IMG/VR virus record: IMGVR_UViG_3300028072_000001
Coordinates: 4,203-68,202 of that record
Source of the DNA: a virus
Lineage: Duplodnaviria > Caudoviricetes
Reading direction: 5' to 3' (one strand)
DNA length: 64,000 bases
Shown: in pieces, positions 43,635 to 53,311 of the stretch
Numbering within the stretch: position 1 is the stretch's first letter
Layout of the letters: every line of letters begins with the position of its first letter
Notes under the pieces: generated by a model
The model's database searches: none
Told to the model about the DNA's origin: nothing
Seen by the model: only the letters and a program-made list of their open reading frames with translations
Program-made: the position numbers and the translations under genes

Positions 43635-44321
43635 TTAGCTTCCCAAAGCGATTTTCCCGATAATTGATGGAGCGCTTCCTCCGGTAGTGGCGGTCACCTT
43701 CAAGCGAACGAAGTTTACAAGGTTAGGAACCTGCGCTACGGTTTCGACGTATCCGGTTGTCGTGGTCACCGCAGAACCGATAGCCGTGTACTCGCTGTCG
43801 TTGTTGTTTACCGCACCCTCAAGCTGAATGGAAATTGTGGAAGGCGCCGACGGGCAGCTATAGGCCCACGTAATTCCATAGCCGCGCCCGATCGAATCTT
43901 GGATTGCAAACGCTTGACTTTTCTGGACGGCCAGCGTTTCAGGGACTTCCGGAACTGGAACATACCCTTGTCCGGCATCCGGAGCGCTCACCACATCGGC
44001 ATGAGTCAACGGGAAAGTAATCGTTCCGATGCCGGTCACTGCATCGATCGACACCGTGGAAATCGTGGCGTTTGAAACGTTGAATGCGCCGCTGGCTCCA
44101 GCCGTGCCGGTGATCGAAATTAGACTGCCAGCCGCAGGGACTTTCCCTCTTCTGACTGTTACGGTGACTGTAGCGACGTTGCTGGTGAGAGCTACGTTGG
44201 TGATTTGCAGGAGAGTGTTCGGGAAACTCTTGTCAAGCGAGCCGAAAGCGTAACCTGGAACGCCAGGTTGCAGAAGTGGAACAGGAGTATTTCCGCCTGT
44301 TCCTGTAGGGTAAGTCGGCAT
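43635..44321 (-). CDS. Tail-region adaptor-like protein, paralog A
   Basis: 228 aa; paralog of 40196-40876 with a duplicated upstream sequence. Confidence 0.7.
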   Translation of the reverse strand: MPTYPTGTGGNTPVPLLQPGVPGYAFGSLDKSFPNTLLQITNVALTSNVATVTVTVRRGKVPAAGSLISITGTAGASGAFNVSNATISTVSIDAVTGIGTITFPLTHADVVSAPDAGQGYVPVPEVPETLAVQKSQAFAIQDSIGRGYGITWAYSCPSAPSTISIQLEGAVNNNDSEYTAIGSAVTTTTGYVETVAQVPNLVNFVRLKVTATTGGSAPSIIGKIALGS

Positions 44322-44372
44322 CGGGCTTGCCTCTCAAAATAGTTTCTTGCGGCCCGATTCCGCGATTGCTGC

Positions 44373-45335
44373 CTACTCTACCACTATTTCAGCTTGTTCC
44401 GGAATGGAAACTGAATTTATGCGCTTCGGAAGAAACGCCTTGCTCATCTCGGACTTGAAATTGCTTTCCCATCCACCAGGCAAGGAGATGTGATAGTTAA
44501 ACTCCCGTTTCGGTAGTCCGCGGCCGACTTCCCTTTCAACAAGTTTCCGTCCGAAAGCCAGAATGCGCCAGTAAGGGTCGTCAATAAATTGCTCTACCTT
44601 TTTCACCCTGTCGGCAAACCCCAACTGTCCGAACCCGAAAAATTCTTCGTAAGTCTGTGGACCACCTTCGCCATAACTGCGAACCGCTCCAACGTGGGAG
44701 CACTTGGCAATTCCAGGCGCTACGGTTTGGCTTTTGTCTTCATTCAGGATTCTTTGCAAAAGACCGTCTTGCTCCCAGTGCGACACCGCAAACTCATCCG
44801 TCATTGGGTCGGTATTGAATCTTTTAGAGATGTACCCAGGCATATCGCCGTAGTACTTTGGCGTCGAGTGTTCCACAACTAGTTCCAGTTTCTTAGCGGA
44901 GAAACAGACTCCGATACTGTAGAACCACGGCTGAAAAAGAATGTCGTCCTCAATCGGAGCTTCGCGGTTGAATATCCAGCCCATCGAACAGAAAATGTCG
45001 GGATACTCTTCTTGCTGCTCCCGATGCCATGAGAAAAAGTCAGGATGCACCATCACGTCCGATTCGACGTAGTACACGCGGTCATAGCCCGTGTTGTACG
45101 CCCACAAGTAGGCGTTCATCACATTCGCCGTGTTCCCGTAGAAATCGTTGTCAGGAACGAAATGAACATGCGCTTTGAAGAGTTCACATACTGCTTGAAC
45201 CTGTCGATTCTTGTGCGTGCCGCGATCTGGGAAGACGTGAATGGGAATGTGCGGCTCGTACTCGCGGATTCGTTTTAAGCAGCAGGCAAGCAACTCCTCA
45301 CGGCGGTAGGTCGGTACGATCACCACTTCATTCAT
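44373..45335 (-). CDS. GT-A fold (GT2-like) glycosyltransferase
   Basis: VVIVPTYRREELLACCL N-terminus; YYVESDV DxD-like motif. Confidence 0.75.
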   Translation of the reverse strand: MNEVVIVPTYRREELLACCLKRIREYEPHIPIHVFPDRGTHKNRQVQAVCELFKAHVHFVPDNDFYGNTANVMNAYLWAYNTGYDRVYYVESDVMVHPDFFSWHREQQEEYPDIFCSMGWIFNREAPIEDDILFQPWFYSIGVCFSAKKLELVVEHSTPKYYGDMPGYISKRFNTDPMTDEFAVSHWEQDGLLQRILNEDKSQTVAPGIAKCSHVGAVRSYGEGGPQTYEEFFGFGQLGFADRVKKVEQFIDDPYWRILAFGRKLVEREVGRGLPKREFNYHISLPGGWESNFKSEMSKAFLPKRINSVSIPEQAEIVVE

Positions 45336-45990
45336 AGTGCCCCCAACAAAACAGCTTGCAAGCCGATTCAGTCGGCAACCCTTCGAAATACTGCTTTACT
45401 TCGGTCACCTTCGGAAACTCTTTTTGCATTCGCAGCACCAGCGATCTATTTTGTTCCCGCGTCAGAACGTCATTATGCAATTCCATCGTCAGGTAGGCAA
45501 TCTGCCGGAAACTTTCCGGCTTGGCGGTAAGGAATATCTGCGCTTCGGCGCCTTCCACGTCCACCTTTACGCAGTCCCATCGGTTGCCGCAAAGCGCTTC
45601 GGACAGGCTTACAGTCTTCACCATGATAGAGAAATCGGACAGCGACCGAAGCATGGAATTGGCTCCAGAGTTGGCCGGGTCTCGCCATAGCAGTTTTTCT
45701 CCGGCTTCGCTCCACACCGCTGCCTGTATTGCCGTGAACGGCGGAGCATTCATATTCTTGGCAATGGCGATCTTTTGCTCCAGTTGAATGAAGTTGTCAG
45801 GGTCGGGCTCATAGGCGCGCACCATCGCGCCCCGCGCCGCACAGTACATCGAGAAAAAGCCGTGGTGAGCGCCAAGGTCTAAAACGCGGTCACCTGGTTT
45901 CGGAGTGTAGTTCTGCTCGTTGACGATCACATCCCACATCAGGCATTCAGGGGAGTCGGCTCTCATTTTCTTGCGGTCACCCATATCCAA
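45328..45990 (-). CDS. FkbM-family SAM-dependent methyltransferase
   Basis: VLDLGAHHG, AYEPDPDNF and VKVDVEGAE. Confidence 0.88.
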   Translation of the reverse strand: MDMGDRKKMRADSPECLMWDVIVNEQNYTPKPGDRVLDLGAHHGFFSMYCAARGAMVRAYEPDPDNFIQLEQKIAIAKNMNAPPFTAIQAAVWSEAGEKLLWRDPANSGANSMLRSLSDFSIMVKTVSLSEALCGNRWDCVKVDVEGAEAQIFLTAKPESFRQIAYLTMELHNDVLTREQNRSLVLRMQKEFPKVTEVKQYFEGLPTESACKLFCWGHYE

Positions 45991-46547
45991 AGGTCTTCCG
46001 TGTGAGCGTCAATAACCGTGAATCCCACATCGGTAAACTCTTTTGCGAACGCTTCCGGAGAAGGGAATACCCAACCGTCGAAATAGTCTGGGTCAGGCGT
46101 CCCTTTCACGGTTTGAATGCGGCACAAGCCGCCAGGAGCCAGTACGCGGTAGGCTTCGCGTAAATTGGCTTGCACCATTTCTAGCGTTGGCATGTGCTGA
46201 AAGCAGGTGAAGGAAAACACGAAGTCGAATAGCCCATCCGTAAAGGGAATATGGGTTCCGTCGGTATAGACAAACTCTTTGACTCCAATATGGTCGTTGA
46301 GACGAGCGTAGGAAAGAATACTTTCCGAACTGTCTATCCCTACGTACAGGTCGAAATGCCAAACAGCGAACCGGGCGAACCTGCCAGCGCCACAGCCAAT
46401 TTCCAAGCAAGCCCCGTCAGTGGGAATGCCGTCCAGTATCTTGCTGAATTGAAGAGTTGTTTCCGTGCGGTCTTCTTGCTCTTTTCCGATCACCTTCAGC
46501 CACATATCCCGCTCGTCGGTTACGTCCCAGTGTTCTTTGCTGGCCAT
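45963..46547 (-). CDS. Class I SAM-dependent methyltransferase (Methyltransf_11/25-like)
   Basis: CLEIGCGAGR, VGIDSS, FDFVFS and LAPGG; ATG at 46547. Confidence 0.88.
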   Translation of the reverse strand: MASKEHWDVTDERDMWLKVIGKEQEDRTETTLQFSKILDGIPTDGACLEIGCGAGRFARFAVWHFDLYVGIDSSESILSYARLNDHIGVKEFVYTDGTHIPFTDGLFDFVFSFTCFQHMPTLEMVQANLREAYRVLAPGGLCRIQTVKGTPDPDYFDGWVFPSPEAFAKEFTDVGFTVIDAHTEDLWIWVTARK

Positions 46548-47644
46548 TAGGACTCCATCAACCGATAGGCTTTGTGCAGCGAGCGAGAGGCCCAGGTGGA
46601 ATGAATCACGGCACATTTCCTAGCTCTCAAAGCCCACACTTTTGGAGATGCTAGGTTGTCCGCGATTGACTTTGCTTCACGGGACCGGATAACCGCCCAA
46701 GCAGCTTCGGTAATCATTTCCCCAACTTCCGAAATTCTGCCATGCCCTTCATTGGCGATGGTTCGTTGCGCCACGAATGTTGTATCTGGGTGTAAATCCC
46801 CCTGCTGCCAATGTTGTTGTGCCCAGTCGTCGTATGTCTTCCCCAGTCCTCGCATCAGCCCTTTGGATATGAGTTCGTCCACATCCAAAAAGGATACGTA
46901 CGCCCATTCTGGACTGCCGATATTCGCCAGGGGTTGTCGTTTCCCTTCGTCAATATCCATCGTGAGAATGCGAATGAGTGACCGATTCGCGTATCCAGTC
47001 GTCGGCTCAAACTTGGTTCGTTCGTGCCATTGGTGCGCGCAGAGCGCGGAGTCAACGTATTCGATCTTCCAACCATTTTTTCTAAGGATGTAGAAAAAGA
47101 AATCATCCTCATGGCCGTAACCGTAGAACAACTCTTCGTACCCGCCAATTTCCAGCATCTCTTTGCGGCGAAAGGCATGCGGACCGGCTCCGGAAACCCA
47201 TCCAGGTCGCGAACCTGCCGTCGGATGGTTATACCAGCCAGCGAATGAGCCATCCTCCGCCAAGTCTTCGATCAGCGGAGTGGCCAGAATCTTTTCTCCT
47301 CCCAGGACACGCACAACCAGATTCTCTATCACATTGTTTTTGTGGAGCACTTCGGCGCACTGCAAAATGACAATATCGTTGGTAGCCGCGCTCAGGCACA
47401 TATTCCACAATCTAGTAATGGACTGGAAAACCGGAAACGGCTCCGCTCTCTCGTTGCGGATATACGTCGCTCCATACTCCGCCGCTAGTTGTTCTGTCAG
47501 CCCGTCGTTCTCTTCCTCTACCACGATCAATTCCAGTTCCCCAGGATAGTTCTGCTTGCGAATGCTTTCGAGTGTATTCCGCAGGAGCGCGCCGCGGCGC
47601 CAGCAGGGGAATGCGATTGAAACGCTTGGCCAGTTCATAGTCAC
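46547..47644 (-). CDS. GT2-family glycosyltransferase
   Basis: VSIAFPCWRRGALLRNTLESI, ELIVVEE and EIGGYEELFYGYGHEDDFF (GT2/GT7C-type C-terminal motif). Confidence 0.85.
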   Translation of the reverse strand: MTMNWPSVSIAFPCWRRGALLRNTLESIRKQNYPGELELIVVEEENDGLTEQLAAEYGATYIRNERAEPFPVFQSITRLWNMCLSAATNDIVILQCAEVLHKNNVIENLVVRVLGGEKILATPLIEDLAEDGSFAGWYNHPTAGSRPGWVSGAGPHAFRRKEMLEIGGYEELFYGYGHEDDFFFYILRKNGWKIEYVDSALCAHQWHERTKFEPTTGYANRSLIRILTMDIDEGKRQPLANIGSPEWAYVSFLDVDELISKGLMRGLGKTYDDWAQQHWQQGDLHPDTTFVAQRTIANEGHGRISEVGEMITEAAWAVIRSREAKSIADNLASPKVWALRARKCAVIHSTWASRSLHKAYRLMES

Positions 47645-48360
47645 TCCGGTTTGTAGAAAACGTGTATTTCGTGGTCGAATCCAAGAAACTCAGCGGTGTA
47701 GCCAAAACCTTTCACCCAGTCGTGAATGTCGGCTACCACCATTCCGTAGTGCCGCATCATCAGTTCAGGATGGAAACTGGTCCAAATCAAAGGCCGATGT
47801 TCGAAGAGTGTCTTCGCGCATCCACGCAATACTTTGCCTTCGGCACCTTCCACGTCAATCGTCAGCGCATGGGGAATAATTCCAGTCTCCGAAATAAACT
47901 GGTCGATCGTTACTTGCGGAACGCGGTGAGTGTCTTCGTGAATGTGGCGGTGCGAAGCAGAAGTCCATATTTTCCCAGTCAGCGCAGGAACCGGCCAACA
48001 GCCTTGATAGCCTTCATCGTAATCCGGATAGGCTTTAGTGTTTTCGTCGCTCACCAAAGCAATCCAACAAGCCAGCGGGTCGGCATATCCTTCGGCATCC
48101 CAAGTCGCTTTGATATTCTGCCAGTTGGCATAATTCGGCTCGAAGAGAACCATTGCTTTCGGACCAACGAATTTCGCGTAAATCGCGGAAGCCCATCCGG
48201 TCTCCGCTCCAATATCAAACAGAACATCGTCTTTGCATAGATTGTCTTCCATGCTCAAGCAGCGTGCCCGTTCCCAGTCTTCCCAGTTTGCCAGGTCCGC
48301 AATATGCTCAGGCATCTTGACCTTGTAGCGTCCGTTCACAAGACGCTCAACAAAACTCAT
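47641..48360 (-). CDS. FkbM-family methyltransferase
   Basis: LFDIGAETG, LFEPN and TIDVEGAEGKVLRG; ATG 48360 overlaps the upstream stop. Confidence 0.85.
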   Translation of the reverse strand: MSFVERLVNGRYKVKMPEHIADLANWEDWERARCLSMEDNLCKDDVLFDIGAETGWASAIYAKFVGPKAMVLFEPNYANWQNIKATWDAEGYADPLACWIALVSDENTKAYPDYDEGYQGCWPVPALTGKIWTSASHRHIHEDTHRVPQVTIDQFISETGIIPHALTIDVEGAEGKVLRGCAKTLFEHRPLIWTSFHPELMMRHYGMVVADIHDWVKGFGYTAEFLGFDHEIHVFYKPE

Positions 48361-48914
48361 ACACGGGTGTACCAAATGCTCGAACCGCCGGCGGCCTGGT
48401 TCGGTGTCGGAGAAATAAGCTCGCGAACCGCATGCACGACGCCAGGATAGCCCCAATCGTAATCGTGACCGGCTAGGATTCCACCGCGTTCGACCAGCGG
48501 CCGCCAAGCGAGAATATCCGCCTTCACCGATTCGTAATCGTGCGCGGCATCTATGAACACAAACCGGAATTGCGTCCCTATATTCAAAAAATACTTGGCC
48601 GCAGAAAGAGACGGAAGGCGCATCGGGACAATCATTCCGCTGGCAATGTGGTCGGACACGTTCCCGCAGAACTCCGTGAACAGATAGTCATGCGGCTTGT
48701 CTTTCAGAAAGTCCTGGTTCTCTTCGCTGCCCTGCCATGTATCCACGGCGAAGATGTGCCCATCGCGCTTGTTGTCCGCCATCGCTCGCGTGGTTCGCCC
48801 CATCCAAGAGCCAATCTCGACGACTAGGCCGTGCTTGGCTTGTTCGGCCAGCCACTCCATCTCAGGCGTGCTCATCCATCCCGTTACTTTTTCTGCGCGC
48901 TCAAGATTCACCAT
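48357..48914 (-). CDS. Class I SAM methyltransferase (Methyltransf_24-like)
   Basis: VEIGSWMGRT, AVDTW and FIDAAHDYE...LAGHDY. Confidence 0.88.
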   Translation of the reverse strand: MVNLERAEKVTGWMSTPEMEWLAEQAKHGLVVEIGSWMGRTTRAMADNKRDGHIFAVDTWQGSEENQDFLKDKPHDYLFTEFCGNVSDHIASGMIVPMRLPSLSAAKYFLNIGTQFRFVFIDAAHDYESVKADILAWRPLVERGGILAGHDYDWGYPGVVHAVRELISPTPNQAAGGSSIWYTRV

Positions 48915-49687
48915 GTCATCGGCCTCTTGGGGTCGTCCTTATCGTGGCCGCGACCGCCTAAATGTTGGCTGCGTTGTATGGACGGCTCCGAAGGAGCGTA
49001 GACCATAACCTTGTAGTCTTCCCAGGGATGATAAGAAATCGGCCCGTAAATGACCGGCTCAATCTCGCAGTAAGTGTTTTCGGTGAATAGCGTTTCGTCT
49101 TCCATCATTCCGCGCAACCACTTCGTTGTCGTCAGGAATGGACAGCACCAGAACTGTCTGGTGCGAATCATCGGCACTCCACAGACTAGCGGAGGTTCAG
49201 ATACTTTCGTTCCACCATGCTCCCCATCCGCGCCTTCGTAGCAGTCAAGCATTAGGTGTTGGTGCAACGGATGAATGTCCGGAGTGTTGTGGAAGCGCAC
49301 CACTCGCGCACGATCTTGCTGAATGGCGTTAACGATGCCGGCCCAGTCGATCGGGTCAAGCGTCAGAGCGTAGTCATGCTCCTGCCACAGCACCAGAGGA
49401 GTTGTGACGCGCCGCAAGCCTTCGCGGACCATGAATCCCTGCTGAACCGAATCAGCCCATTCGAAGATTCGTAAATTGGGACGGCGGCGCAGCGAGTCTT
49501 TGTAAAGTTCGTAGCCGGCTCGCCGGCTTTCGTGTTCAGGGACGCGAATACCATCGCAGAGCAGGAACGTTTGCACGCCTGGTAAATGGAATTGCGTGCT
49601 CTGCTGAACCTTATCGAATATCTCCGATGAAGGATGCGAAGCGAGCGGAGACGTGCTGGTAATGACGGTTATCAGATTCTCGTACAT
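48908..49687 (-). CDS. Divergent GT-A-like glycosyltransferase
   Basis: ITVITSTSP...HPS...LLCDG and LVLWQEHDY; located within the glycan cluster. Confidence 0.55.
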   Translation of the reverse strand: MYENLITVITSTSPLASHPSSEIFDKVQQSTQFHLPGVQTFLLCDGIRVPEHESRRAGYELYKDSLRRRPNLRIFEWADSVQQGFMVREGLRRVTTPLVLWQEHDYALTLDPIDWAGIVNAIQQDRARVVRFHNTPDIHPLHQHLMLDCYEGADGEHGGTKVSEPPLVCGVPMIRTRQFWCCPFLTTTKWLRGMMEDETLFTENTYCEIEPVIYGPISYHPWEDYKVMVYAPSEPSIQRSQHLGGRGHDKDDPKRPMTW

Positions 49688-50571
49688 AGTTCCCCTGTCA
49701 GTTGCTCAATGTCTTCGCCAAGCCAAAGATTGAAGTCCCGCTTGTATTCTTGCCACCATGCTAAACATTCCACAGCCCGAAGTTTCGTGTCCTTTAGGAA
49801 TCCGACCATCGCGGGAAGGAATTTCCAATCGCTGATCGTGGGCAGAGGATGGCCAGGTCCTAGAACATAATCCCAGAATCCAGGTTCGCTCCGCGTTGGG
49901 CTGAAATTATCGAGTATTGGAATCGCTCCACATTCCAGAGCATCCCATGCTCTTGCTGCGTCGGGAGAAAAAAGACCGGATGGGCACGGAACGATCTTCG
50001 CACGGCAGAGGCAGCGATAGTACTCAGGCAAGGAAATTCCCTGGTGATACCCGCGAGTCTCTATGATGAAGCCGCCCCAATCTAGCGTTCGCAGAGCGTC
50101 CACCACGGCACGGCGCCGTTCGTGAGTGACCTGTCCACCGAAAAACCAATCTAAGTCTCTTTGTACGTTGTAGACAGAATTTTCTAAATGTCTCAAGTGG
50201 TCGTGACCGTAGCCGTTGACCATGAAACGTTTTGCAAAGTCGTGCTTACCTGGTAGCGGCTCCTGAACCCAAGCGAGCATGTTTTCGTGCTCGATCATTT
50301 CCGAAGGAAAACTTGCCTCTTCGTCGCCAAGGTAAATCAGCAGACACCATTTCAGGCTCTTAATGTCGTTCTGCAATTTAGCGAGTCCGCCAATCTCGCG
50401 GCCGCCGTGGACCACCACAACCGCGCCGTCCAGTCCTGTCGGCATCTTGCTCGCTCCGCCGTGATGCTCGCAAGGGTACAGGTCCAGCATATCGTTGAGC
50501 ATGGCCGTACAGTTGAATCGGCCCCGGCCATACTCTTGAGCATGCCAGACGACGTTTATAGTCCGAGCCAA
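49672..50571 (-). CDS. Exostosin/GT47-like glycosyltransferase
   Basis: WFFGGQVTHERR and YYRCLCRAKIVPCPSG...RAWDALECGAIPI. Confidence 0.7.
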   Translation of the reverse strand: MARTINVVWHAQEYGRGRFNCTAMLNDMLDLYPCEHHGGASKMPTGLDGAVVVVHGGREIGGLAKLQNDIKSLKWCLLIYLGDEEASFPSEMIEHENMLAWVQEPLPGKHDFAKRFMVNGYGHDHLRHLENSVYNVQRDLDWFFGGQVTHERRRAVVDALRTLDWGGFIIETRGYHQGISLPEYYRCLCRAKIVPCPSGLFSPDAARAWDALECGAIPILDNFSPTRSEPGFWDYVLGPGHPLPTISDWKFLPAMVGFLKDTKLRAVECLAWWQEYKRDFNLWLGEDIEQLTGELCTRI

Positions 50572-51407
50572 TGCCTATTCTCCTCTTGAGCCATCCAACG
50601 CGCTGTTTCGGTTACAGATTCCACTATCGGCCTACGTTCCCATCCAAACTGCATGAGTTTTCTGCCATCCAATCCATGTTCCAAAAAAAATCCAGGGCGA
50701 ACGTCTTTCGCGTCTCGATAAACAGTTTTTATCTTCACATCCAGCGCCAGAGAAACCAGTCTCACTAAGTATTCAAGGGAATAGGACACACTGTCTGAGA
50801 TATTGTATTTCTGTCCAACCAGTCCACCTTTGAGAAGCGTCACGATGGCCGAGCAAGCGTCCTTCACATGCAAAAAATCTCTTTTCCCTTCATGGAGATT
50901 GACATAGATCGGAACTGGTTCACCGTTTAGCGCACAGCGCACTATGGTCGGAACAAACTTGTTTGCTGGCTGTCTCTCGCCGAAAAGATTCTGGCAGTGA
51001 GTAATCATAGTCGGAACGCCGTAAGTGCCTCTCCATGCCATACACATGGATTCGCAAGCTGCTTTTCCTGCCGCATACGGGCTTATTGGGTTGTAGCGAT
51101 CAGAAGGAACGAAATCCGAGATGACTTCTTTTGGTCCAAAAACTTCATCGCTCGAAAAGTACAGAAAGGCTTCCAGTTGTTTCTGTTCCGCAGCCCAATC
51201 CAATAACCCTATCGTCGTAGTAATATCATTAAGAACCAAATCAGAGTCCACGATCGACTTATCAATTTGCGAATGTCCCGCCAAGTGAACCACGTAATCT
51301 GGGGAATCATCTTGGGAAACAATCTCCCAATCCGTAGTTTCCCGCACGTATTCCTGCAAGTGTGAGCCGATAAATCCTTCCTCGCCAGCGATGTAGAGTT
51401 TGGTCAT
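50556..51407 (-). CDS. NAD-dependent NDP-sugar epimerase/dehydratase (RmlB-like SDR)
   Basis: IAGEEGFIGSHL, HLAG, SSDEVFG, YAAGK (YxxxK) and NLFGERQ. Confidence 0.85.
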   Translation of the reverse strand: MTKLYIAGEEGFIGSHLQEYVRETTDWEIVSQDDSPDYVVHLAGHSQIDKSIVDSDLVLNDITTTIGLLDWAAEQKQLEAFLYFSSDEVFGPKEVISDFVPSDRYNPISPYAAGKAACESMCMAWRGTYGVPTMITHCQNLFGERQPANKFVPTIVRCALNGEPVPIYVNLHEGKRDFLHVKDACSAIVTLLKGGLVGQKYNISDSVSYSLEYLVRLVSLALDVKIKTVYRDAKDVRPGFFLEHGLDGRKLMQFGWERRPIVESVTETARWMAQEENRHWLGL

Positions 51408-53269
51408 TGGTTCACCGTCTCAAAAATCTCACGCATGCGAACTGTCCAAGTATCGTGCTTGCAAACGTAATCCACTCCATCTATGACAACTTGTTTTACC
51501 CCTCTAGGATTTTGGGAAATATCCGAAAGCAAGACTTCGATGGAATATCGCAGGCTTTGCAAATCTTGAGCCTCATAACATGCCATCGGTACTTCCAACC
51601 CCTTGATCGAAGGATGAGCGAGTAATCCATGCCGTCCGATAGTTTCCGGAACACGGTCACTCCAGTAGTTAGGAATCCCCGCACCAAAACAATCTCCGAC
51701 CACCACTTTCATCGAAGCGTATACGTCATTGAGCAGATGGCCGCGGACTCCCTCTATGTGCTTGAACCGCTCGCCGTAGGTCTCTTGCAGAAATTCCACC
51801 ATCTTTTTCCGGAAAGGATATTCCGCGTGGTATTCCTTCGCTCCCACAAATCCCACATCGCAGCGGTACTCATCTCTTGGCGTCCCAGGATGGCAATAGA
51901 CTTCCGAGACCGCTGGTTTCATCCAGAAATGATTTACTCCCCGTTTGGCGAAGTCTTCTTGCCTTGAACCGTCGGCCGTAAACACGTACTGCGTTTTCCA
52001 AAACGGAATCTTCCCAATTAGGGATTCGCGGGTAGGAATATCCCAGAATTTATCCAGGTGAACGGAAAGCGTTTTTACGCCTTCGTTCTTGCACCACTCC
52101 AGTAGCTCGAACATATCTTCATCCGGCACCTGCAACCAGCCAGGAGTGCGAACCCAGATAAGCGTTTGTGCGTGCTCACAGGCTTCGTAAATTTCCCTTG
52201 TCCCGACTTTGTTTTCTTGGAGTTTTTCTACTTCGTAGCCTAGCCCTTGCTCCAAGGCCCATAGAATCTGGTTCTCTGTCGAGTGTTCGGCCGTGAAGTT
52301 ACCAATGAAAGCGACGGACGATGCCGTGCCGCTGCGTGCGCGTGGAGCATGCACCGTAGGAACTGGGATTGTGAAATGCTCCGTGAGAGCCGCTTTGAAC
52401 GCTTCATTGCCTTCGAGAAATTCCTTGCGTGGCGCACCGGACTGCGAGAATCCGCGCTTGCCAAGCACCAGCAAATCCTTGACAGCCTTGTGAACGTCCA
52501 GCGCCGAGACTTCGTACATTTTCACGGAATTGAAAGAAGATTGCCCAGTAGCGGGAATCCGGTAGGCCGATTCAATCTCGTTCATCGGCGGAGCGTCCAC
52601 TGTACAGATATTGGCGTTCACCGACATTGCTTCGTGCAGGACGTGCGACCATCCTTCGGTAGCCGACGGCTGCAAATGAAACTGGCAGGAGTTTTGCAAT
52701 CGCACCAATTCATCGTTTCCAATCTTGCTGAAAACGGTGACATTCTCCGGAATGTTCTCTACTGGAAAGTCGGTCACTACGAATAAGTGAGCGCCTATCC
52801 CCTTGCCGTTTTTCTTCCAGCGCCAAGCGTCGATCACCGCTTCGGTATTCTTTGCCCTACTCTGTCCGGCAATGTGCAGGAAATTGGGAGCGCGTTCTAC
52901 AGACGGGTCGAACCTGTCTTCGGAAAGAAAGCCTACGTAGTGCGCTATGTCGCCAAACAGTTCCCGGCAGACTCTATGCGATTCGTGAGTTTTGCAAAGG
53001 ACTTTCGCGAAGTGGCGGCGAACCAGTTTGATTCGCTCGCTGTCCAGAAATTCAGGATTGGTGATGAGCCACGGCGGAGCTTCGGAAAGGTCCACTAGTC
53101 CGCGATAGACCACTTCCAGGCAAATCAGCAGGTCATAGCGCTCTGCATGCGGTTGATTGAATTGGACGAAACTGACTTCGTGTCCAAGAGATTCGATAAT
53201 TGGCTTGATTAGGCGATAGTCTTTTTCCAGACCCCGCCCGTTTTCGTTTCCCGCAATCCCGATTTTCAT
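51404..53269 (-). CDS. Two-domain GT-B glycosyltransferase (GT4-like plus CgeB/Glyco_trans_1_2-like)
   Basis: First domain EGWSHVLHEAM (ExxxxxxxE); second domain DVGFVG...YWSDRVPETIG; ATG at 53269. Confidence 0.85.
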   Translation of the reverse strand: MKIGIAGNENGRGLEKDYRLIKPIIESLGHEVSFVQFNQPHAERYDLLICLEVVYRGLVDLSEAPPWLITNPEFLDSERIKLVRRHFAKVLCKTHESHRVCRELFGDIAHYVGFLSEDRFDPSVERAPNFLHIAGQSRAKNTEAVIDAWRWKKNGKGIGAHLFVVTDFPVENIPENVTVFSKIGNDELVRLQNSCQFHLQPSATEGWSHVLHEAMSVNANICTVDAPPMNEIESAYRIPATGQSSFNSVKMYEVSALDVHKAVKDLLVLGKRGFSQSGAPRKEFLEGNEAFKAALTEHFTIPVPTVHAPRARSGTASSVAFIGNFTAEHSTENQILWALEQGLGYEVEKLQENKVGTREIYEACEHAQTLIWVRTPGWLQVPDEDMFELLEWCKNEGVKTLSVHLDKFWDIPTRESLIGKIPFWKTQYVFTADGSRQEDFAKRGVNHFWMKPAVSEVYCHPGTPRDEYRCDVGFVGAKEYHAEYPFRKKMVEFLQETYGERFKHIEGVRGHLLNDVYASMKVVVGDCFGAGIPNYWSDRVPETIGRHGLLAHPSIKGLEVPMACYEAQDLQSLRYSIEVLLSDISQNPRGVKQVVIDGVDYVCKHDTWTVRMREIFETVNQ

Positions 53270-53278
53270 TGAGGGGAG

Positions 53279-53308
53279 AGTGTATACGCAGTTTTGCGTT
53301 CTTTGCAA
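53279..53308 (-). promoter_or_regulatory. Internal promoter for the glycan cluster
   Basis: TTGCAA (53308-53303)-18-TACACT (53284-53279), 9 nt before the ATG; no SD. Confidence 0.5.
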
Positions 53309-53311
53309 GCC

